A stretch of DNA of 64,000 nucleotides from positions 480,001 to 544,000 of the forward strand of contig CAVPVX010000007.1 of the NCBI GenBank assembly GCA_963709345.1. Direction: 5' to 3'. This stretch comes from an uncultured Actinomycetes bacterium. GTDB lineage: Bacteria; Actinomycetota; Thermoleophilia; UBA2241. The translations under genes and the position numbers were made by a program. Under the pieces are notes generated by a model. That model did no database searches. It saw only the letters and a program-made list of their open reading frames with translations, and was not told the DNA's origin. Each line of letters opens with the position of its first letter. The first letter of the stretch is position 1. This document shows positions 58,023 through 64,000 of the stretch, piece after piece.

Positions 58023-58386
58023 TCTGCTCCTCCGGGAAGACGACGTCGGTGACGAGGACGTTGACGGCCCGCACCGGCAGGCCGGTGGTCGCCTCGATCT
58101 GCTCCGTGACGGCCTTGCGGCACTGCTCGGCGACGGCCGGGACGCTGGTGCCGAACGTGATGCTCATCGTGATGTCGATGTCGACGCTGCCCTCGTGCAG
58201 GTCGACGGAGATGCCGGGCGTGCCCTTGTCGCCGCGCAGCCCGGCCAGGGCGCGAGAGCTGGTGCCGCCGAGCGCGTTGATGCCGTCGATGCCGCTGATG
58301 GCCTTGAAGGCGATCTTGGCCACGACGCTGTCGGAGATGGTGACGCCGCCGGTACCGGCGGCCTCAGGCTTGGGGGCTTCACTCAT
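58006..58386 (-). CDS. Asp23/Gls24 family envelope stress protein
   Basis: VTISDSVVAKIA, IDGI, DITMSITFGTSVP, IEATTGL..VNVLVTDV. Confidence 0.92.
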   Translation of the reverse strand: MSEAPKPEAAGTGGVTISDSVVAKIAFKAISGIDGINALGGTSSRALAGLRGDKGTPGISVDLHEGSVDIDITMSITFGTSVPAVAEQCRKAVTEQIEATTGLPVRAVNVLVTDVVFPEEQTDSAD

Positions 58387-58539
58387 GGCTTTCCTCCCGT
58401 CGTCGGTCGTCTGCGCTCCCCGTGCGTGACTGCCGGGGTCTGCTCTGCCTACTGTACCCGATGAGGGCGCGACTGCTTCAGCCGCAGCCGGTGTCGCGGC
58501 GCAGACGCCGCCCGGCGTCGGTCACGGGTACCGCCATTA

Positions 58540-60789
58540 CTACCCGCACTTCGAGTAGCCGCACGTGCGACACACGACGCAGCCGCCCTCGTGCTCGATG
58601 GCGCCGCCGCAGTCCGGGCAGGCGCCCTGAGCGACCTCGACCAGCGAGAGCTGGGGCTCCGGCGCGGAGCCGGCCTTGGCCGCCGCGCCGGTGACATACC
58701 GGCGCTCGAGCGCCTTGCCGATGGCGTCGGCGCAGCTGAGCGTCGCGTTGGGGCCGATGCCGTAGGGCACGTGACAGCGGATGCCCTTGAGCTGCTCGAC
58801 GATCTCCGCGGCCGAGGCGCCCTTCTTGAGCGCCAGCGAGATCAGCCGGCCCAGCGCCTCGGTGTTGCTCGAGGCGCAGCCGCCGGCCTTGCCCATGTTG
58901 GCGAAGACCTCGCGTGGGCCGTGCTCGTCGTCGTTCATGATCACGAACAGCTTGCCGCAGCCCGTGTCCATGCGCTGCGTCTCGCCGGTGAGCAGCTGCG
59001 GCCGCGAGGGACGCGTGGTGGCGATGCCGCCGGTGGCCGCGTCGCGGTCGCGCGTCTTCTTGCTCTGGCCGACGTTGAGCACCTGCTCCTCACGGCTGCC
59101 GTCGCGGTAGGTCGTGACGCCCTTGCAGCCGCTGCGGAACGCCGCGAGGTAGACGCCTTCGACGTCGTCGGCGGTCGCGTCGTTCGAGAAGTTGACCGTC
59201 TTGGAGACGGCGTTGTCGGTGCTCTTCTGGAACGCCGCCTGCAGCTTGATGTGCCACTCGGGCGTGATGTCGTGCGCCGTCGCGAAGACCTCCTGCACGT
59301 CCGGCGGCACGCCGTCGAGGTGACGCACGGACCCGACCTCGGCGAGACGCTTCATGAAGTCGTCGCTGAAGAAGCCGCGGTCGCGGGCCACCTGCTCGAA
59401 GTAGGGGTGGCCCTCGACCATACGGTCGTCGTCGAGGACGTTGGCGCGCACGTAGCTGAGCGCGAACACCGGCTCGATGCCGCTCGAGCAGCCGGCGATG
59501 ATGCTGATGGTGCCGGTGGGTGCGATGGTCGTCACCGTCGCGTTGCGCACGCGAGCGCCGCCCGCCGTGTCGAAGATCGAGCCCTCGAAGTTCGGGAAGA
59601 CGCCGCGCTCACGGGCCAGGTCTTCGCTGGCGGCGCGCCCCTCGTCGTGGACGAAGCTCATGATCTCGCCGGCGATGCGGCAGGCCTCGTCCGAGTCGTA
59701 GGGCACCTGCAGGCGCAGAAGCATGTCGGCGAAGCCCATGACGCCGAGGCCGATCTTGCGGTTGCCCTTGGTCATCTGCTCGATCTCGGGCAGCGGGTAG
59801 CGGTTGACGTCGATGACGTCGTCGAGAAAGCGCACGGCGGTGCGCACGATGCGCCCCAGAGCGCCGTAGTCGACGTGACCGTCCGGCACCACCTTCGAGA
59901 GGTTGATCGAGCCCAGATTACAAGATTCGTACGGCAATAAGGGTTGCTCACCGCATGGATTTGTGCTCTCGATCTCACCGAGCTGCGGCGTGGGATTGTC
60001 CTCGTTGATGCGGTCGATGAAGACGATGCCGGGGTCGCCGTTCTTCCAGGCGAGGGTGACCATGCTCTTGAACACCTTGCGCGCGTTCAGCGTGCGCACG
60101 GTGTCGCCGGAGCGCGGATTGACGAGCGGGTACTCCTCGTCGGCCTCGACGGCGCGCATGAAGGAGTCGGTGACCGCCACCGAGATGTTGAAGTTGTTCA
60201 GGCGGTCGTCGTCCTGTTTCGCCATGATGAAGTCGAGGATGTCCGGGTGATCGACGCGCATGATGCCCATGTTGGCGCCGCGTCGCGTGCCGCCCTGCTT
60301 GATCGTCTCGGTGGCCGCGTCGAACACGCTCATGAATGAGAGCGGGCCGCTCGAGACTCCCTTGGTGCTGAGCACGACGTCGTTGTGCGGGCGCACGCGC
60401 GAGAAGGAGAAACCGGTGCCGCCACCGCTCTTGTGGATGAGCGCAGTGTTCTTGATCGCCTCGAAGATGGACTCCATGGAGTCGCCGACGGGGAGCACGA
60501 AGCAGGCGGAGAGCTGGCCGAGCTCACGGCCGGCATTCATGAGCGTGGGGCTGTTGGGGAGGAACTCGAGGCTCGTCATGAGCTCGTAGAACGTCGTCTC
60601 CCACTCCTCGACGGGGGCGGCGGGGTTGTAGAGCCGCTCGGCCTGGGCGATGGCGCTCGCGACGCGCCGGAACATCTCCTCCGGGGTCTCCAACACCTCG
60701 CCGTCGTCGCCCTTCTTGAGATACCGGCGCTGCAGCACCTTGAGTGCGTTGGCCGAAAGCTCGATCACTGCCTTCCCCGTGTCAGTCAT
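58540..60789 (-). CDS. nrdJ: Class II (adenosylcobalamin-dependent) ribonucleotide reductase with C-terminal TSCPD and Zn-ribbon domains
   Basis: [77 protein letters not shown]. Confidence 0.95.
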   Translation of the reverse strand: MTDTGKAVIELSANALKVLQRRYLKKGDDGEVLETPEEMFRRVASAIAQAERLYNPAAPVEEWETTFYELMTSLEFLPNSPTLMNAGRELGQLSACFVLPVGDSMESIFEAIKNTALIHKSGGGTGFSFSRVRPHNDVVLSTKGVSSGPLSFMSVFDAATETIKQGGTRRGANMGIMRVDHPDILDFIMAKQDDDRLNNFNISVAVTDSFMRAVEADEEYPLVNPRSGDTVRTLNARKVFKSMVTLAWKNGDPGIVFIDRINEDNPTPQLGEIESTNPCGEQPLLPYESCNLGSINLSKVVPDGHVDYGALGRIVRTAVRFLDDVIDVNRYPLPEIEQMTKGNRKIGLGVMGFADMLLRLQVPYDSDEACRIAGEIMSFVHDEGRAASEDLARERGVFPNFEGSIFDTAGGARVRNATVTTIAPTGTISIIAGCSSGIEPVFALSYVRANVLDDDRMVEGHPYFEQVARDRGFFSDDFMKRLAEVGSVRHLDGVPPDVQEVFATAHDITPEWHIKLQAAFQKSTDNAVSKTVNFSNDATADDVEGVYLAAFRSGCKGVTTYRDGSREEQVLNVGQSKKTRDRDAATGGIATTRPSRPQLLTGETQRMDTGCGKLFVIMNDDEHGPREVFANMGKAGGCASSNTEALGRLISLALKKGASAAEIVEQLKGIRCHVPYGIGPNATLSCADAIGKALERRYVTGAAAKAGSAPEPQLSLVEVAQGACPDCGGAIEHEGGCVVCRTCGYSKCG

Positions 60790-61357
60790 GCCCCGTGCTC
60801 CCCTGTGTGACCACCGCGCGCGGCGGTGTGATCAAGACGCTCTCCCGGTAGACGCGCTCGGTGTCGATGCCCGGCAACGGCTCCTCGCCGGGCAGCGGAT
60901 CGGCGCCGGCGACCTCGAGCCGCGCCAGCTCCTGCTCGAACTCCTCGATGTCGTCGAACTGCCTGTAGACGGAGGCGAACCGGATGTACGCCACCTTGTC
61001 GATGTCGCGCAGCTGCCGCAGGGCGCGCTCGCCCACCATCTGCGTGGTGACCGGCGGCGCCGGCGCGCGACGCAGGTCGTTCTCGATGTCGTCGACGGCC
61101 CGCTCCAGGCGCTCGAGCGGGATGTCGCGCTTCTCGCAGGCGCGCAGCAAGCCGTTGAGCACCTTGTGACGTGTGAACAGTTCGTCTCTGCCGTCGCTCT
61201 TGAGCACCACCAGCGGCACCTCTTCAATGCGTTCGTAGGTCGTGTACCGGCGCTCGCAGACCAGGCACTCACGCCGGCGCCGGATAGCGTCGCCGGCCTC
61301 GGAATCGCGAGAATCGACGACTTTGCTCTCATCGCTTGTACAGAACGGACAGCGCAA
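60782..61357 (-). CDS. nrdR: Transcriptional repressor NrdR
   Basis: TTG start after GAGGTG; RCPFC..VVDSR..IRRRREC..C..RYTTYE, ATP cone, [10 protein letters not shown]. Confidence 0.96.
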   Translation of the reverse strand: MRCPFCTSDESKVVDSRDSEAGDAIRRRRECLVCERRYTTYERIEEVPLVVLKSDGRDELFTRHKVLNGLLRACEKRDIPLERLERAVDDIENDLRRAPAPPVTTQMVGERALRQLRDIDKVAYIRFASVYRQFDDIEEFEQELARLEVAGADPLPGEEPLPGIDTERVYRESVLITPPRAVVTQGSTGHD

Positions 61358-61370
61358 GGAATCCCACCTC

Positions 61371-61418
61371 ACCACAAGATGTAGTGCCCCCGGTCAGCGA
61401 GAACACCACTATAGTGTA
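61371..61418 (-). promoter_or_regulatory. Tandem NrdR boxes
   Basis: CACAAGATGTAGTG (61373) and CACCACTATAGTG (61404), 31 bp apart, immediately upstream of nrdR-nrdJ. Confidence 0.75.
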
Positions 61419-61627
61419 TTCCCTCAGGGTGGCAAGCTTTCCTGCCCCGGACTTCGTGCCCAGATCTGACAGCGATGTCTAAGGCTCTACTCAAGGGTAA
61501 GACTATCGCGAGCGGCGTCCCTTCGCCGCGCCGGCCGGAACGCTACCAGAACCACCGGACGGCAGGCCGCGCCCACGGCAGCGTCGCGCCGACGCGGGCG
61601 GCCCCGCGGCGGTATACTTGGTGGGCC

Positions 61628-62359
61628 GTGAACGTCATCGTCCTCCCCACCTACAACGAACGCGAGAACCTGCGCCACGCCGTGGCGCGCATCCGCGAGG
61701 TCGCGGACGGGCACGACGTGCGGCTGCACACGCTCGTCGTGGACGACGACTCGCCCGACGGCACCGGCGACCTCGCCGACGAACTGGCGCACGAGGTGCC
61801 AGACGTCTCGGTGCTGCACCGCGCCGCCAAGGAGGGTCTGGGCAGAGCGTACATCGCCGGATTCCGCGAGGCCCTCGCCATGGGCGCCGAGCGCATCTTC
61901 GAGATGGACGCCGACCTCAGCCACGACGCGACCTACCTCCCCCACTTCCTGCGGCTCATCGACCAGGGCGCCGACCTCGTGCTCGGCTCGCGCTACGTCA
62001 AGGGCGGCGGAGTCGAGAACTGGGGCCTCTCGCGCAAGATCATCAGCCGCGGCGGCTGCCTCTACGCGCAGACCATCCTCGGACTGCCCTTTCGCGACCT
62101 TACCGGCGGGTACAAGTGCTTCCGCAGGAGCGTCCTCGAGGCGATCGACCTCGACGCGATCGACACCGCCGGCTACGGCTTCCAGATCGAGATGACCTAC
62201 CGCGCCTACAAGATGGGCTTCGAGGTCGTGGAACTGCCGATCATCTTCGTCGATCGCAAGGTCGGCGAGAGCAAGATGTGCAACGACATCGTCGTCGAGG
62301 CGATGAAGAACGTCTGGAAGCTCCGCTTCAGCGGCGTTCCGGCGCGCCGGCCCGGCTGA
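61628..62359 (+). CDS. Polyprenol-monophosphomannose synthase (GT2, Ppm1/DPM1-like)
   Basis: LPTYNERENL, VDDDSPDGTG, GLGRAY, MDADLSH, GSRY, DLTGGYKCFR, GYGFQIE; TATACT 9 nt upstream of the GTG suggests a near-leaderless mRNA. Confidence 0.93.
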   Translation: MNVIVLPTYNERENLRHAVARIREVADGHDVRLHTLVVDDDSPDGTGDLADELAHEVPDVSVLHRAAKEGLGRAYIAGFREALAMGAERIFEMDADLSHDATYLPHFLRLIDQGADLVLGSRYVKGGGVENWGLSRKIISRGGCLYAQTILGLPFRDLTGGYKCFRRSVLEAIDLDAIDTAGYGFQIEMTYRAYKMGFEVVELPIIFVDRKVGESKMCNDIVVEAMKNVWKLRFSGVPARRPG

Positions 62360-62371
62360 GCCCGCGGCGGC

Positions 62372-63490
62372 ATGCAGCACGACGACCAGTCCTTCAGGAT
62401 CCTCGCCGTCGATGTAGGCGCCGGGACCAGCGACATCCTGCTCACGCGCCCGGGCGAGCCGCTCGAGAACGCCGTGAAGCTCGTCGTGCCCTCGCCGACG
62501 CGGGTCGCCGGCGCGCGCATCGCGGCGGCCACGGCCCGCGGTCAGACGGTGGTCTTCCGCGGGCCGGTGATGGGCGGCGGCGCGGTCGGGGCGGCGATGA
62601 AGGCGCATCTCGCCGCCGGCTTCTCGTTCGTCGCCACCGAGACGGCGGCCTCCACGTTCGCCGACGACCTGGATGAGGTGCGCGCCATGGGCGCGCGTGT
62701 CGTGGGCGAGGGCGCCGCCGCCGAAGTGCTGCGGCGCCTCCCCCCGGACGCGGCCGCGGACGTGCGCAGCGGCGACGTCGACGCGGCCGCGCTCCGCGAG
62801 GCCCTGGCGCTCCTGGGGGCGGACCCGGCGTTCGACGCCGTCGCCGTCGCCGTCCAGGATCACGGCTTCTGCCCGGGCGGCTCCAACCGCGTCTTCCGCT
62901 TCGCCCTCTGGGAGCGCGCCGTCACCGAGCGGCAGCCCATCGGCGACCTCTTCTACGACGTCCCGGCGATACCCCCCGCGCTCACGCGCCTGTCCGCGGC
63001 AGCCGAGGCCGCGGCGAGCCTCGCCGGCGACGGGCCGGCGCTCGTCGCCGACACCGGCCCGGCGGCGCTCTACGGCGCGCTGCCGGAGGGCGCCGGCGAC
63101 GCCGTGCTCGTGAACGTCGGCAACGGCCACACCGTCTGCCTGCTCGCCTTCGACGGACGCGTGGCCGGCGTCTTCGAACACCACACGCGCTGCCTGGACG
63201 GCCCCGGGCTCGAAGACCGGCTCCGGCGCTGGCTGGCCGGCGACCTGGACGGTGACGAGGTGCGCGCCGATCACGGCCACGGGGCCGTGCTCGCCGCCGG
63301 CGCGGCGAAGTGCGACCCGCTGAGCCTGCCGATGTACGTGACCGGGCCGCGCCGTGAGCTGCTCGCCGACAGCGGGCTGCCGCTCGAGTTCCCGGCGCCG
63401 CACGGCGATATGATGCTCACCGGCTGCTTCGGCCTGCTGCGCGCCCTGCGCGAGCACGGTGCGGCGCCGCACGCGGAGACCGCCACGTGA
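62372..63490 (+). CDS. DUF1786 family protein
   Basis: LAVDVGAGTSDIL, AVQDHG, SNRVFRF, DTGPAA, VNVGNGHT, FEHHT, TGPRR, GDMMLTGCFGL. Confidence 0.85.
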   Translation: MQHDDQSFRILAVDVGAGTSDILLTRPGEPLENAVKLVVPSPTRVAGARIAAATARGQTVVFRGPVMGGGAVGAAMKAHLAAGFSFVATETAASTFADDLDEVRAMGARVVGEGAAAEVLRRLPPDAAADVRSGDVDAAALREALALLGADPAFDAVAVAVQDHGFCPGGSNRVFRFALWERAVTERQPIGDLFYDVPAIPPALTRLSAAAEAAASLAGDGPALVADTGPAALYGALPEGAGDAVLVNVGNGHTVCLLAFDGRVAGVFEHHTRCLDGPGLEDRLRRWLAGDLDGDEVRADHGHGAVLAAGAAKCDPLSLPMYVTGPRRELLADSGLPLEFPAPHGDMMLTGCFGLLRALREHGAAPHAETAT

Positions 63491-63521
63491 GCGCCGGCAA
63501 CACACCTCCCGGTGCCGACGC

Positions 63522-64000
63522 GTGACCCGCCATCGCTCGACCGGCCTCATCGTCCCCGTCGAGACGGCGCGACCGCTCACGAACGCCTGGGCCGCCCTGG
63601 CGCCGCTCGCGAACCGCGCCCTTCCGCCGCACGTCACGGCGCTCTGGCCGTTCCTGCCCGCCGAAGCGCTCGACGGCGACGTCGAGCGGGAACTCGAGGC
63701 GCTCGTCGCCGGCGCCGCTGCCTTCGACTTCACACTGGCGCGGCTCTCCGAGTTCTCCGACGTCGTGTTTCTCTCGCCCGAGCCGGCCGAGCCCTTCGCC
63801 GCGCTCACCCGCCTGCTCTGGCGACGCTGGCCGGAGTGCCCCCCGTTCGGCGGCGCCTACCCCGAGATCGTCCCCCACCTGACGGTGGCGCTCGACCCGG
63901 ACCCGGCGACGCGCCAGGCGATCGCGCGCGCGCTGGCCGGCCGCCTCCCCGTGGCGACCAGGGCGGAGAGCGTCCTCCTCATCGAGGAGGGCGAAGACGG
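63522..64000 (+). CDS. 2'-5' RNA ligase-like 2H phosphoesterase, 3'-truncated by window edge
   Basis: Open frame from GTG 63522 with two HxT motifs (PPHVT, VPHLT) and PPFGG. Confidence 0.85.
   Translation, partial: MTRHRSTGLIVPVETARPLTNAWAALAPLANRALPPHVTALWPFLPAEALDGDVERELEALVAGAAAFDFTLARLSEFSDVVFLSPEPAEPFAALTRLLWRRWPECPPFGGAYPEIVPHLTVALDPDPATRQAIARALAGRLPVATRAESVLLIEEGED

Noticed and set aside
58540-60789. Intein or cobalamin riboswitch associated with nrdJ
   Set aside because: The protein is of normal length with contiguous motifs, and no B12-box was found upstream

Overview
High-GC (roughly 70% by eye) bacterial chromosome segment, most plausibly from an anaerobic actinobacterium (inferred from nrdR-nrdJ, an Asp23/AmaP operon and a polyprenol-phosphomannose synthase together with an Hdr/MvhD/MetVF operon). 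Scattered single-base indels, several compensating, suggest an error-prone long-read consensus. In order: the 3' part of a 5-oxoprolinase/hydantoinase; a class III aminotransferase; a CheB/CheR fusion followed by three tandem PAS histidine kinases; an intact 8.2 kb hdrA(L)-mvhD-metV-metF-hdrC-hdrB operon (putative electron-bifurcating methylene-THF reductase); small accessory genes; a UbiB kinase; diguanylate cyclases; a MacB-type ABC transporter with a divergent OmpR-type two-component system; a five-gene phosphorelay ending in an HD-GYP protein; DUF438/PAS_10 genes; a catalytically degenerate serine hydrolase; ALDH/SDR; tandem methyltransferases; an Asp23 operon; nrdJ-nrdR; and a GT2-DUF1786-2H phosphoesterase operon. 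The most notable unexplained signals are a stand-alone structured small RNA candidate with its own promoter, operator-like palindrome and terminator (about 55.7-55.84 kb), a 48-nt AT-rich synonymously recoded patch over the NrdJ catalytic loop (a known intein hot spot), a short type I restriction hsdR remnant, a poly-C tract in a promoter spacer, and two in-frame TAG codons in neighbouring genes. No rRNA, tRNA, CRISPR array or intact mobile element was seen.
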